Below, piece by piece: positions 1-10,333 of a DNA stretch of 56,616 bases (within the stretch, counting starts at the first letter, position 1; the number at the start of each line of letters is the position of its first letter). The DNA comes from Promethearchaeota archaeon (GTDB taxonomy: Archaea > Asgardarchaeota > Lokiarchaeia > Sigyniarchaeales > SOKP01). The notes below the pieces were generated by a model. It did no database searches. It was not told the origin of the DNA and was given only the letters and a program-made list of their open reading frames with translations. Made by a program: the position numbers and the translations under genes. The stretch is from NCBI GenBank assembly GCA_016930515.1, contig JAFGGO010000173.1, positions 1 through 56,616 on the forward strand, written 5' to 3'.

Positions 1-1
1 A

Positions 2-871
2 ATGACTTCAGTTAGCGAAAACGAATTCACAAAAAAATTATACGAGATCGTCTATAAGCTCTCTAGCATCGGGAAATCTCAAACTTATCGTTTTCGAACG
101 AAATGGAACGAATATTTTAATGCTTTAGGAAAACCACATTTAGTTCGAGATATACCCGTGGAAGAAGGTAAATTCGTGAACGATCTAGATTATAGAATTG
201 AAACCTTAAAAATATTAGAACGGGCGCTCGTTGATGGCTTTTACACGATAAAAACACTGCTAAATGTATTGTATGACAATTATTTCAACGATTCAGAACA
301 GTTTTTAAGAGATTTTTCAAAACAAGATCAAATCATTTTAAAATATATCGTTGCTAAAGAAATTTTGGGTAATTTAATTCAATACAACCGATTAGACAAC
401 GAGAGCGTGCCTTTAAAATATAACCTCATTGCGAGAAATTATTCCATGATGAAATTGCGAGAAATTACCGACGATGAAGTTTTAAATAATATGGAAAAAT
501 TAAACTTCAAGAACATCGATCTTCAAAAAATAAGATCTTCAATGGAAGAAGTCGAGCGAGATGAGATAATTTCGATCGAATCAAGAAACGACAAACAAAT
601 ATATGCAATTAAAACGGAATTAAAATTGAGTAAACAGGGCAAGAACAATTATGCTTACAATTTAGAACATTTGGTTTCGTGGCCTACCCAATTTTGGCGA
701 TCCATGTATAATATTCGGGAACTTAATGTCACGCCCGATGATAGTTGCACGTATCGAGATTACCTCCAAAAAGTTCTTTCAAAATCGGCAACGCAAGGAT
801 TTACTCCGACGCATTATGTGGTTAAACACTTGATTAAATACTACGAAAAGATTAAGGAAGAATCTCAGTAA
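2..871 (+). CDS. Hypothetical protein, possibly with a winged-helix-like segment
   Basis: 289-aa ORF with normal composition, converging on the next gene; no diagnostic motif recognised. Confidence 0.7.
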   Translation: MTSVSENEFTKKLYEIVYKLSSIGKSQTYRFRTKWNEYFNALGKPHLVRDIPVEEGKFVNDLDYRIETLKILERALVDGFYTIKTLLNVLYDNYFNDSEQFLRDFSKQDQIILKYIVAKEILGNLIQYNRLDNESVPLKYNLIARNYSMMKLREITDDEVLNNMEKLNFKNIDLQKIRSSMEEVERDEIISIESRNDKQIYAIKTELKLSKQGKNNYAYNLEHLVSWPTQFWRSMYNIRELNVTPDDSCTYRDYLQKVLSKSATQGFTPTHYVVKHLIKYYEKIKEESQ

Positions 872-872
872 A

Positions 873-1799
873 TTATTTTAAATCTTTACTTTTTTGGATC
901 GGGAGTTCAAACTCTTCTAATAGAGGCAATAAATGTTGTTTGTCTTGGCTATTTGTCCCTTTCCAATCAATAATAAAACAATTCACGGATTCTCTCGTGT
1001 TTGCTATCATTTGCTGGATAGTTTCTTTAGTAAGTTCTTGGATATAATATTTTGGGCAAATGAACGATATAGCAGCCTTATTTTTATCAATTATATCTTT
1101 GAATTGGGGCGCATAATGAGTTCCACCAAATCCCAAGCCAATATAGGGGATATCCTCGTGTTTAAAAAAACTCAAACAAGTATCGATTATGGCTTTACCT
1201 ACTAATTTTCCCGCTTTTCTTACATTCCACTCTTGCTCGCTACTCCCTAATTCCATGAAAAGCAGTGGTTTTTCGAGTGTAGTTGGCCCGTGATGGGTCG
1301 CTTCAATGTCTAAATGGTAATTCGAAAAGTCTGCAAATTCGGGTGATTTAATTTGATTTTTCAGGGAATTATATCCTGATTTTAACAAAATAGCACTAGC
1401 TCTTGATAATTGTCGGGAACTACCTCCAAAATCCTTATTATCCGTCCAATTCCCGGTTAAATGAACTAAAAAAGACGGGCGACCCGCTTCTGATCTGTGA
1501 CGACTCGCAAATATCAAGAAATCTGGATTGATTGTGTTTGGTTCTATTTTTAAATCGTTTAAAAAAATTAATGGGGTATCGGTCAGTCCTAAATATATAT
1601 CGTGTTTTTGTAGGAAGGAATCGTCTTTTGATATAAAAGAGACATCTTCAAGCTTGAAAAGGGAGTATTCCTGCCAAGTTAAATCCGTCTCCACGAACTT
1701 GTACAGATTTGAATTAAGGAAATTCGATCTTATGTTCATCGAAGCCATGTCTTCCGTAGAGGTAATAATTAAAAAATTCAAAATAAGTTCTCCATTCAA
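873..1799 (-). CDS. dtdA: Archaeal D-aminoacyl-tRNA deacylase (DTD2)
   Basis: Motifs DMASMNI, IFASRHRS, VHLTGN, EATHHGPT, FMELGSSEQEW and GFGGTHYAP. Confidence 0.92.
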   Translation of the reverse strand: MNGELILNFLIITSTEDMASMNIRSNFLNSNLYKFVETDLTWQEYSLFKLEDVSFISKDDSFLQKHDIYLGLTDTPLIFLNDLKIEPNTINPDFLIFASRHRSEAGRPSFLVHLTGNWTDNKDFGGSSRQLSRASAILLKSGYNSLKNQIKSPEFADFSNYHLDIEATHHGPTTLEKPLLFMELGSSEQEWNVRKAGKLVGKAIIDTCLSFFKHEDIPYIGLGFGGTHYAPQFKDIIDKNKAAISFICPKYYIQELTKETIQQMIANTRESVNCFIIDWKGTNSQDKQHLLPLLEEFELPIQKSKDLK

Positions 1800-1850
1800 G
1801 CTAATTTGAAGTTATTGCATTCTATTAGGTATTCTTTCAATTTTGATTAG

Positions 1851-2486
1851 TTAGTTTGAAATCATTTTTTTAATACGCTTAACGCCCTCCATTGCGTCTT
1901 CGCCGTAATCGTCAGCACCCATTTCTTTAGCGAGTTCCATGTTCAATGCAGCACCTCCTACTATTATCTTAACTTTATCTCGCAATCCAGATGCTTTTAA
2001 TGCTTCGTGAACTACTCCCACTTGTTCAACAGTAGTGGTTAAAAGAGTGCTTAACGCAACAACCCGTGCTCCAGTTTCTTTTACGGCTTCTATTACTTTT
2101 TTTTCGTCGCAATCCATGCCCAAGTCGTAAATTTCAAATCCAGAACTTAGTAGTAAGGAACTAAGAATGTTTTTTCCTATGTCGTGGTTGTCTCCTTTAA
2201 CTGTTGCAACGATTACCTTACTTTTATTGCTCGAATCTCCCGAAGATTTGAGAATAGGTTTCAAGATCTTGAACGCTTCTTTCATAGTTTCTCCGGCGAG
2301 AACTAATTCGTTGAGATAATATTCTTTTTCTTCGTATAATTTTCCAACTTCATCCATACCCCTCGTTAAGGCTTCAAGAACTTCGTAAGGGTTCTTTCCG
2401 TCCTTATGGATAGCTTCAGAAACGGCGCTCTCGATTTCGTCTACTTCTAAATCTATTACGAGTTCGGTAATTTTTTTTAAATCCAT
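1851..2486 (-). CDS. Corrinoid (cobalamin-binding) methyltransferase partner protein, MtbC/MttC-like
   Basis: N-terminal B12 cap (GMDEVGKLYE), DxHxxG motif (GDNHDIGKN), STLLTTT and VGGA. Confidence 0.9.
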   Translation of the reverse strand: MDLKKITELVIDLEVDEIESAVSEAIHKDGKNPYEVLEALTRGMDEVGKLYEEKEYYLNELVLAGETMKEAFKILKPILKSSGDSSNKSKVIVATVKGDNHDIGKNILSSLLLSSGFEIYDLGMDCDEKKVIEAVKETGARVVALSTLLTTTVEQVGVVHEALKASGLRDKVKIIVGGAALNMELAKEMGADDYGEDAMEGVKRIKKMISN

Positions 2487-2588
2487 CTGTCCTCTCCTCT
2501 TTTTCTCTGCATTCGTGTTTGGTAGAAAAATGAAAGAGATTTTATTAAGGTAGGTTATTAAACTCTTGTTATAAATTGAATTAAGTTT

Positions 2589-2764
2589 TAAAGAGAAAAA
2601 GTAGATAAGAGATTCGAGAAAAGTTAAACCTCGAAACTTGTCCGAGATCTAAGGATTAACTTTAGTTACCATCTAAATTAATAGGAAATTTGCGCCTAAC
2701 GGCGATTAGGGGATATTATGTATTTTCTCGAATTCCCTCTATTGAAGAATTTCTCCTTCTTCGT
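2589..2764 (-). ncRNA. Candidate structured ncRNA or leader upstream of the corrinoid gene
   Basis: 11-bp perfect closing helix 2612-2622/2723-2733 extended by G-U pairs on the minus strand; three internal hairpins; TATA-like TTTATATA at 2786-2793; pyrimidine-rich end at 2589-2601. Confidence 0.45.
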
Positions 2765-2936
2765 ACTATCAAAAAGTGACTTTTGTATATAAATCTATCC
2801 ATGTTCTCTTTCAATTATGCTATATTGATGTAATAGATCGACCTTCACAATTGTCTATGATAGATATTTATGTAAAAAAATATTATATATTGATAAGAAT
2901 TTCAACTTAAATCCAAACCTTAAGAAAGATTCTAAA

Positions 2937-4001
2937 ATGCAAATAAATTCTTTAAAGATTTATATGAAAAATGTATTTCCAAGAACAAAGCGATTCTCGA
3001 TATTAATCGCTTTTTTTTTATGCACTCTAAGCGCATTTGGAGTTTTTAGCTCTCCTCTAAATATGAAACAAGCCCTTCCTGATGTATCCAGTAATGACCT
3101 ATTTTTTCCTATAAGAATTTCAACGAAAGAAGATAAAACCACAATTCAAGAATATATAGTTGAATTTGAATATAAATTAAAAATACAAATTAACGAGGGA
3201 ATTACATCTCTCGAAGATAAGGAATTAAATTTATATCTTTTTGGATCCACCGTTATTGGAGTTATCGTTCTTGTAGAACTCAGCGTGATTGTAGGAAAAC
3301 AGTCTGAGAAATGGAAGAAAAAAAGCGATGAACCAGTAGATCGGATGAATATATTTGGGATATTGGATCGAGATAGTATAATATTTGAGAGCGTTCAACA
3401 ATACATGGAAAAAAATAGGTGTTTCGAGACTAATAAAATCCTGCCAGTTTTAAAATCTATTTGTTCGAAAACAGGGGCAAACTTCACTGAACATGGAATT
3501 AAATTGGCGCTAAAAAACCTTATAAACTCAAAATGTTTCGTTGAGGGATCAAAGTTAATAAAAAACGAAGTCTTAAACAATCCAAATAGAGCAGAGATAT
3601 ACGATTACATCAAGAAAAATCCTGGAGTTCATTTTTCAAATATTACGAAAACCCTGAACCTCAACAATTATTTGACTCGCTGGCACCTCGATGTGCTCCT
3701 TAAATTCGAATACATTTGGAACGAAAACATTGGAAACATGGAAGTATTTTTTGATGGTGATATCCGTAAAGAAGATGGAAGGATTATCCACCTGCTTTCA
3801 AGAGATAAAGTACGACTCATACTCGATTTTATTCGAAAGGACTCAAACGGTAATATGACAAAGTATAGAATCTCTAAAGCTTTAAACATGCATCTTAACA
3901 CCGTTACAAAGTATGTATCGCTTCTCGAAAATCACGAAATTCTTAAAAGCACAAAAGATTCAAAAATCATCGTTTTAAAGGATGAATTTTTTGATTTTTA
4001 A
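2937..4001 (+). CDS. Membrane-anchored winged-helix transcriptional regulator
   Basis: Two N-terminal hydrophobic segments; tandem C-terminal wHTH (LNNPNRAEIYDYIKKNPGVHF..WHL; ISKALNMHLNTVTKYV). Confidence 0.75.
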   Translation: MQINSLKIYMKNVFPRTKRFSILIAFFLCTLSAFGVFSSPLNMKQALPDVSSNDLFFPIRISTKEDKTTIQEYIVEFEYKLKIQINEGITSLEDKELNLYLFGSTVIGVIVLVELSVIVGKQSEKWKKKSDEPVDRMNIFGILDRDSIIFESVQQYMEKNRCFETNKILPVLKSICSKTGANFTEHGIKLALKNLINSKCFVEGSKLIKNEVLNNPNRAEIYDYIKKNPGVHFSNITKTLNLNNYLTRWHLDVLLKFEYIWNENIGNMEVFFDGDIRKEDGRIIHLLSRDKVRLILDFIRKDSNGNMTKYRISKALNMHLNTVTKYVSLLENHEILKSTKDSKIIVLKDEFFDF

Positions 4002-4128
4002 AATCTTTTTCTTTTCTTTCACAATTCTCTATGAATGCTTTATATATCCCCCTTAACGATTCTTATTATAAGATTGTAAAACATATTAAAAATTAACACA
4101 TTTACTCAATCATTACATACCACAAAAA

Positions 4129-4914
4129 ATGACGCAATTTAACATGAAATCGGATGATGTTTCAAAAGATATAAAATTACGGGAAGTCAATAATAGGGAT
4201 GAAGAGGCGGGATTACTTATTTCCCGTTTAAAAAATGAGAAAATCATTATTTACTGCAAGGATCTCGTAAAAGATTACGCGATTGGGGATTTTATAGTGA
4301 GAGCTGTTGACCATATATCGTTGGAGATACGAGAAGGAGAGTTCGTCATTGTAAAGGGTCCTTCCGGAGCAGGTAAAACCACCCTTTTAAATCTCATCGG
4401 TGGTTTAGATTCGCCGAATGAAGGCGAGATCTACAACTCAATGGTGAAAATTTCTGCGATGAGAGAAGATGCTTTGGCGACCTTTCGGTTGATAAATTCA
4501 GGGTTTGTCTTTCAAAATTACAACTTGATAAGTACCCTGACTGCAGAAGAAAATGTAATGTTCCCGTCAAAGTTAGCGGGAGTCTCTTTTTCGAACCAAA
4601 GGAAACGTGCCGTTGAACTGCTAAAAATGGTTGGACTTATAGATAGAAGGGAACATCTTCCTTTTCAATTGTCTGCGGGGGAACAACAACGAGTTGCCAT
4701 TGCTAGAGCACTAGTGAATGATCCTCCAATTATTTTGGGAGATGAAATAACTGCTAATTTAGATTTGAAGACGAGCGATAAGATCAAGAGCATTTTTGAA
4801 CAACTAAAAAGCGAGAAAAAGACCGTTGTCATAGCTACCCACGACACCAAGCTTATTGATTTAGCAGATAGAATAGTATTATTTGAAGACGGTAAGATAA
4901 TTAAGATAGAATAA
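4129..4914 (+). CDS. ABC transporter ATP-binding protein (LolD/MacB type)
   Basis: Walker A GPSGAGKTT, GFVFQNYNL, LSAGEQQRVAIARAL, H-loop ATHD. Confidence 0.93.
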   Translation: MTQFNMKSDDVSKDIKLREVNNRDEEAGLLISRLKNEKIIIYCKDLVKDYAIGDFIVRAVDHISLEIREGEFVIVKGPSGAGKTTLLNLIGGLDSPNEGEIYNSMVKISAMREDALATFRLINSGFVFQNYNLISTLTAEENVMFPSKLAGVSFSNQRKRAVELLKMVGLIDRREHLPFQLSAGEQQRVAIARALVNDPPIILGDEITANLDLKTSDKIKSIFEQLKSEKKTVVIATHDTKLIDLADRIVLFEDGKIIKIE

Positions 4915-4932
4915 TTTAGAGAAGATGGTGCG

Positions 4933-6852
4933 ATGAACTTAGATTTCGCTTTAAAAGACTTTTATAGAAAAAGAAAACAAAATTTTCCGTATGTTTTGGC
5001 CATTTCGCTTGTTGTCGGATTTGCAGAATATTTCACTCTTTTTACCCTAAACATTGGATTTAGGTACATGATTCCCGGTGGTAACACGAATAATTCCCTT
5101 CTGTTGGGTGGAATTGGTGTTTTATATTCCCAATTCAACAACTTGATTTTTTACATGGTAATTGCCTTGTCAGTAGTAGTAACCACCCTTACGGCAACCA
5201 CTTTTATATTGTCTAAAAAACGAGACCTAGCTATAATGCGTTCTCTTGGAACTTTACCGGGAAATCTACATGGATTTTATCTAGTGGAAGTTATCGTAAT
5301 TTTTTTTTTTTCTTATGCTATTGGATTGATGATTGGCTTGGTTTCGTTTGGAATCCACATGGGAATTGCATTTTCTCTTGGACTTCGACTTCAAATTCAA
5401 TCAAGCATGATTTATTCTTTAATTCATTTTTGTTGCTGCTTTTCGGGGGTAATTATTCTTCCTGGATGGGCTTTAATGAAACTTGGAAAGCAAAATATCA
5501 TCAAATCGTTTTCAAAGGATATGCAATACGATTATGATGCTTCAAAAAAGATGGAATTAGTCCCTCGATGGTTATCCCGGTTTGGTTACAACCTGAAGAT
5601 GGCTCTCATAAATACCATTAGGAGAAAAGGAGAATTCAAGAGGTACATGTTGATTTTTTCTACGATTTTTGCGATCATTTTTAGTATTGGTCTTGGTTCT
5701 TTTGTAATGGGTACATCAACTAGCTATTGGATAAAAAACGCACAAGGAGAACACGTGGTGGTCATAGGACATGAAAATACCGTTCGATATTATTCTCAAA
5801 TGTATCGAATGTTTTCTGATCCAAGCATTTCAGTCGGAATGGAAGACATCAACTTTACGAATAAGGATTACTTGTTCGATTTCGAGTCTCTTTCCGAATT
5901 AGAATTGCTTTCCAAAATACAACTCATCGATAAAAGGCTTGTTAGTTTCTGTAACATTACTGAAGCCACGCGAACCTATGGAATTACCATTGAGAACCCT
6001 CTAGAACGGACCTATGGCTTTGCTACAATTGGTTCTAGCAGGACGGGGTATTATCCCGTGATTGGAGTTAATCCAGAAGCATTGATTTCTAATTTTGAAA
6101 TCGAAGGAGAATTCTTACCTAATAATAGTTCGGTTGTTGTGGGAGATGGTCTCGCCTCTCAATTTTTCGACGATGCGCTTAAACAAGGTATAAAAATTAA
6201 CAATTTCAGCTATGGTCCTAGAGTATCTGGTATTGTGATAGATAGCCTTTATGGTGGGTTTGCTGTTTATGTTAACTTATCAAAATTCCAATCACTGCTT
6301 GGGTATGCGACTGATATTAACTTGATCTTGTTAAAACTTGATTCAGCGTTAGATAAAACTTTTGAAACGAACTTAAAAAGTATAATAAATAATAATTTAG
6401 GTTCAAATTTTACTTATAGGGTATTAGATGATGTGTTTAATGAAAACCTTAATTTCTTAATCATAAATTCGCTTTATCCTTTGATATTTATTGCTATATT
6501 GGGTTGCGTTGGTCTGCTCTGTCTTTATAATTATCAAAAAGGTGGATTGGTTGACAAGGCACGAGACATTCAAATCATGCGAGCAATAGGAATTAAAAAC
6601 AAGCACGCACGACGAATATTATTTTTTGAGGTTCTATTCGTCGTCGTTCCTTCGCTATTGTTAAGCTTAGCCCTTGGTATGATACTTAACGCTCTATTTT
6701 TGTTTGATCGAGTTCAATTACCCTCTATTATTGTGCCATTCGTTTTGATTCTTGTTTTAGGGGGATTTGCGTTTTTCTTCAGTTATTTGGGAGTTATTCC
6801 GATCGTGAAAAAAATAAACCAAGTGTCAATAAAAAATTACGAAGTTTTCTGA
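4933..6852 (+). CDS. FtsX/MacB-like ABC permease with two FtsX domains
   Basis: KRDLAIMRSLG and ARDIQIMRAIG FtsX motifs, multiple TM segments, extracytoplasmic loop; follows the ATPase. Confidence 0.88.
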   Translation: MNLDFALKDFYRKRKQNFPYVLAISLVVGFAEYFTLFTLNIGFRYMIPGGNTNNSLLLGGIGVLYSQFNNLIFYMVIALSVVVTTLTATTFILSKKRDLAIMRSLGTLPGNLHGFYLVEVIVIFFFSYAIGLMIGLVSFGIHMGIAFSLGLRLQIQSSMIYSLIHFCCCFSGVIILPGWALMKLGKQNIIKSFSKDMQYDYDASKKMELVPRWLSRFGYNLKMALINTIRRKGEFKRYMLIFSTIFAIIFSIGLGSFVMGTSTSYWIKNAQGEHVVVIGHENTVRYYSQMYRMFSDPSISVGMEDINFTNKDYLFDFESLSELELLSKIQLIDKRLVSFCNITEATRTYGITIENPLERTYGFATIGSSRTGYYPVIGVNPEALISNFEIEGEFLPNNSSVVVGDGLASQFFDDALKQGIKINNFSYGPRVSGIVIDSLYGGFAVYVNLSKFQSLLGYATDINLILLKLDSALDKTFETNLKSIINNNLGSNFTYRVLDDVFNENLNFLIINSLYPLIFIAILGCVGLLCLYNYQKGGLVDKARDIQIMRAIGIKNKHARRILFFEVLFVVVPSLLLSLALGMILNALFLFDRVQLPSIIVPFVLILVLGGFAFFFSYLGVIPIVKKINQVSIKNYEVF

Positions 6853-6968
6853 TTGAATTTGCTTGTATTGAATAAATCGAATTTAAAGGATTTGTCAAGA
6901 TTTATAATTTAGAATTTGTTAAATGCACTATAGGAACAACTATTTATTATCAAGAGGTAAATATTATC

Positions 6969-8141
6969 ATGACTGAAGAGATGGAAAAGCGCATTGCGGA
7001 TTTGGAGCAAGAAGTGCATGACCTATATGACGATATAGAAACCCTACAAGACGAAATCATGGAAAAAGACACTATCATTTCCGATTTGCAATCAACAAAA
7101 GGCTCGAAAAAAGCCACGGTCAAGGCTTTAAAATCTCAGATCGCCATGGAACTCGAACAAAAGGAGAAAGAAAACAGGGACTTGAAAGACAAGTTAGGTT
7201 TTCTCAGAAAAGAAAAAATCGAACTACAGCGAAAACTTGAAAAGCACTCAAAAAACTCGCAATCCACGGTGATTCCGATAATTAAGGAGGAGAAGCCATT
7301 AAATTCGTTAGTAGAGGATTTACAAGCCACAATAGCCAAGTTACGCGTGGAGAATAAGCAATTAAAGCATCAAAGAGGGCAATCTGGTAATAGCAATCGT
7401 GTCATAGCTCAAAAAGATAAAGAAATCGAATTGTTACAATTAAAAATCACGGAATTATTCGATAAATTGAAAAATGACGATAAAAAAACCATTGTGCCCT
7501 CAAGCGCATCATTTACGAAAGACTTGACCATTGAACTTCAAGAAAAGCTTAATAAAACTCGTCTTCAACTCGAAACAACTAAAAAAAAATTAGCTGAATA
7601 CGAAAATAAGGCTCAAAAAGCTATCCCTCTTGATAACGACGAGATTGACCTATTAAAAATGCAGATCGAAAGTCTAAAAAAAGAATTAGCGTCCAAGAGC
7701 GCTAAAAGTGGAGAAACTTCTTCAGATAACATATCTTCACTTATGGCTGAATTACAAGAAAAATTAAATAATGCAAGATCCCAAATTAATACTCTTCAAA
7801 ATGAGATCAAGATCTTAAAAGCAGATAAGGACAAAAACGAGTCAAAATACGACGCAAGCTTTATCGATAAATTGAAAAAAGAATTAAAAGAACAAAAAGA
7901 CTTGAATGACCAATTAAAGAAAAAAATTGAGGAACAAGAACTAATATTGGGTGTTAAGGAGAAACGAATTATCTCACTTTCGGATAAAGCAAAAAGTAGT
8001 AATAAAGGGATTGAGAATGGAATTCCGTACGACTCTCCAGTAGCGCTGCGTTTAAGAGAGCTTTCGGGTGTTATCGATGACTTGAAAAAAGAAAACGCCC
8101 AACAAAGAAATGAACTTTTTAACTTGCGAAATAAAACCTAA
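6969..8141 (+). CDS. Long coiled-coil protein with internal repeats
   Basis: Heptad-rich K/E/L/Q sequence; repeated ELQEKLN motif. Confidence 0.8.
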   Translation: MTEEMEKRIADLEQEVHDLYDDIETLQDEIMEKDTIISDLQSTKGSKKATVKALKSQIAMELEQKEKENRDLKDKLGFLRKEKIELQRKLEKHSKNSQSTVIPIIKEEKPLNSLVEDLQATIAKLRVENKQLKHQRGQSGNSNRVIAQKDKEIELLQLKITELFDKLKNDDKKTIVPSSASFTKDLTIELQEKLNKTRLQLETTKKKLAEYENKAQKAIPLDNDEIDLLKMQIESLKKELASKSAKSGETSSDNISSLMAELQEKLNNARSQINTLQNEIKILKADKDKNESKYDASFIDKLKKELKEQKDLNDQLKKKIEEQELILGVKEKRIISLSDKAKSSNKGIENGIPYDSPVALRLRELSGVIDDLKKENAQQRNELFNLRNKT

Positions 8142-8145
8142 CTCG

Positions 8146-9141
8146 ATGATGAGCTTGGAAGTTGTAGTATTGGGCTCGAGCGCCGCTATTCCCGTGAAAG
8201 ATAGAAACCTTCCCTCCATTGCCTTAATACTTGACAATGGACCCGACATGATCCTATTTGATTGTGGAGAAGATGTCCAACGACGCTTTATCGAAGCAGG
8301 TTTGAAATTTAACCGGCCAATGACCATTCTTATATCGCATTTTCATGGAGATCACGTGAATGGCCTCCCAGGCTTACTTTTTAGGTTTAATCTAACGGAT
8401 AGAACGGCACCTTTAACAATTATAGGTCCTCGGAACCTTTTTTTATACCTATTCTTGCACAGACTAACTGTTGGATTGCGCGCTCAATATCCTATAACGA
8501 TAATTGAAATCGATCACGACAACAAGAAAAAGCTGATATACGAAGGTTTAGATTCCGAATTTCCGATTGATGAGATTGAAATTAAAGAAAACACTATTCT
8601 CGAAGCAAAGAACCATGTAATAAAATACACATTAGTAGAACATTCAATTCTCACATTTGGATATTCATTCGTAGAAAAACCCCGAAACGGTAAGTTTTTT
8701 CCAGAAAAAGCTCTTGAATTGGGAATACCTCGAAATAGCATATGGAAAAGGTTGCATGAAGGTAAAAAAATAGAATTCAATGACCGAGTTATAGATCCAG
8801 AGAAAGAGGGTATTGTAGGACCAAAAAGACCTGGGCGAAAGATAACATATTCGGGTGATACAGCGCCCTGTGGATCCTTGATAGAGCTCGGGGAAGGATC
8901 GGATCTTTTAATACACGAGGCAACATACACAAAAGAATTAGCACACATAGCTAAGGAGAAAAAACATTCGACTACGGTTGATGCTGCTACTGTAGCGATT
9001 AAAATGAATGCTAAAAAGTTGTTACTTACTCATATATCTTCGAGATATCAAGATGATCCTTCTGTATTGCTTGATGAGGCCAAAGAAGTGTTTCCCAACT
9101 CCTTACTCGCAAGAGATTTGATGAGAATCGAGATAAAATAA
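8146..9141 (+). CDS. rnz: Ribonuclease Z (tRNA 3' endonuclease)
   Basis: LGSSAAIP, FDCGE, SHFHGDH, YSGDT, HEAT, HST and LTHIS motifs; start moved to ATG 8146 after the upstream stop. Confidence 0.95.
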   Translation: MMSLEVVVLGSSAAIPVKDRNLPSIALILDNGPDMILFDCGEDVQRRFIEAGLKFNRPMTILISHFHGDHVNGLPGLLFRFNLTDRTAPLTIIGPRNLFLYLFLHRLTVGLRAQYPITIIEIDHDNKKKLIYEGLDSEFPIDEIEIKENTILEAKNHVIKYTLVEHSILTFGYSFVEKPRNGKFFPEKALELGIPRNSIWKRLHEGKKIEFNDRVIDPEKEGIVGPKRPGRKITYSGDTAPCGSLIELGEGSDLLIHEATYTKELAHIAKEKKHSTTVDAATVAIKMNAKKLLLTHISSRYQDDPSVLLDEAKEVFPNSLLARDLMRIEIK

Positions 9142-9149
9142 AAAAAAGA

Positions 9150-9929
9150 TTATTTCTTGTTAATTAGTCTTACTATCGTTAATACCACTAAGATCATGAC
9201 TATAATCATTGTTGCGAATGCCATGATTGCTACTTCGATGTTTATACTCAACTGTTTCGAAAATATTCCGAAAGTTGCCCAAATAACAACCAAAGAATAA
9301 GCAATATCTTTCCTAATTATGAGCATGGCAGTAGTGATTAATAATGCCACGATTAGAACTATATTTGTCCAAACTATAGCTGCTAAATCGAACCCTTCAA
9401 CACCTAAAGAAATAAGTATGGCTGTAATGTTTGCGATGGTTGCAATGGTTATCCATCCTAAATAAACGCTCATTGGGACGTGAACGAAAATTTTCTCGTT
9501 CCGACTTGCTTCCGACTTGCCAATATTCAACCTGAGATATATGGCTATAAGGGATAACAATAAAATTACCATGAATACGAGCGATAAAGCCAAAATTTCG
9601 TAGTGCCACGCAAAAATCCACGCAATATTTGCGGCGCTAGCGATAATGAAAAATATATTGATGGTGTCCAAGAATTCTAAATCCTGTTTTGATGTTTTCA
9701 ACAAATCCTTTCCTTGATAAACCGCAAATAGAACCAGAAGGATGTAAATAACGCTCCAGATTGAAAATGTGAATCCCGCTGGAACGAAAAGATTTGGATA
9801 CTTATCTGAAAGTTCTTGAGTCGTTTTCCCGTTCAAGGGAAGTAAAACCGCAAGCATGTTCAGGAGAATGGTTAAGATAACCGCCACGATGTTTCCTATT
9901 TGAATTAAAATTTTTTTAGTTCTGTCCAA
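9150..9929 (-). CDS. TspO/MBR-related (tryptophan-rich sensory) membrane protein
   Basis: SDKYPNLFVPAGFTFSIW, NIAWIFAW, SVYLGWITIATIAN; TTG start after AGGTGA. Confidence 0.8.
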   Translation of the reverse strand: MDRTKKILIQIGNIVAVILTILLNMLAVLLPLNGKTTQELSDKYPNLFVPAGFTFSIWSVIYILLVLFAVYQGKDLLKTSKQDLEFLDTINIFFIIASAANIAWIFAWHYEILALSLVFMVILLLSLIAIYLRLNIGKSEASRNEKIFVHVPMSVYLGWITIATIANITAILISLGVEGFDLAAIVWTNIVLIVALLITTAMLIIRKDIAYSLVVIWATFGIFSKQLSINIEVAIMAFATMIIVMILVVLTIVRLINKK

Positions 9930-10114
9930 ATAAATCACCTATTTAATTATTAGATCCAAAACGGTTTTAAACCTGTTTCTTATCAATTATTATTTTTTTT
10001 TCAAAATTTAATTTAGCTTGTTTTTAAAATAACAAAATATATCAATAAAATATAAATTGGGATAGTATGGGAAATCTAATTAAAGTAAAAAAAGAGTAAA
10101 AAAAATAAAATAAA

Positions 10115-10333
10115 CTATTTTCCACCAGCTATGTGCGGAAGAATCGTGACCTCGGAATCTGGGCTTATCTTTGTGCTTGGATCCGCTTTTTTACCGTCCA
10201 CGAGTATACCAAAATACTTGCCTTCTAAATTGAGCTCTTTTAACAAGTCCGCAACCGTCATGGTCTTTTCTGGCGTGAATGTTTCGTAAATTCCGGTTTC
10301 TAACAATTCGCTAAGTTGTTTTATTATAAACAC
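10115..10333 (-). CDS. MoaD/ThiS/SAMP-family ubiquitin-like protein ending in GG-K
   Basis: TVADLLKEL..ILVDG..EVTILPHIAGGK beta-grasp pattern; the start may be ATA 10327/10324. Confidence 0.85.
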   Translation of the reverse strand: MFIIKQLSELLETGIYETFTPEKTMTVADLLKELNLEGKYFGILVDGKKADPSTKISPDSEVTILPHIAGGK

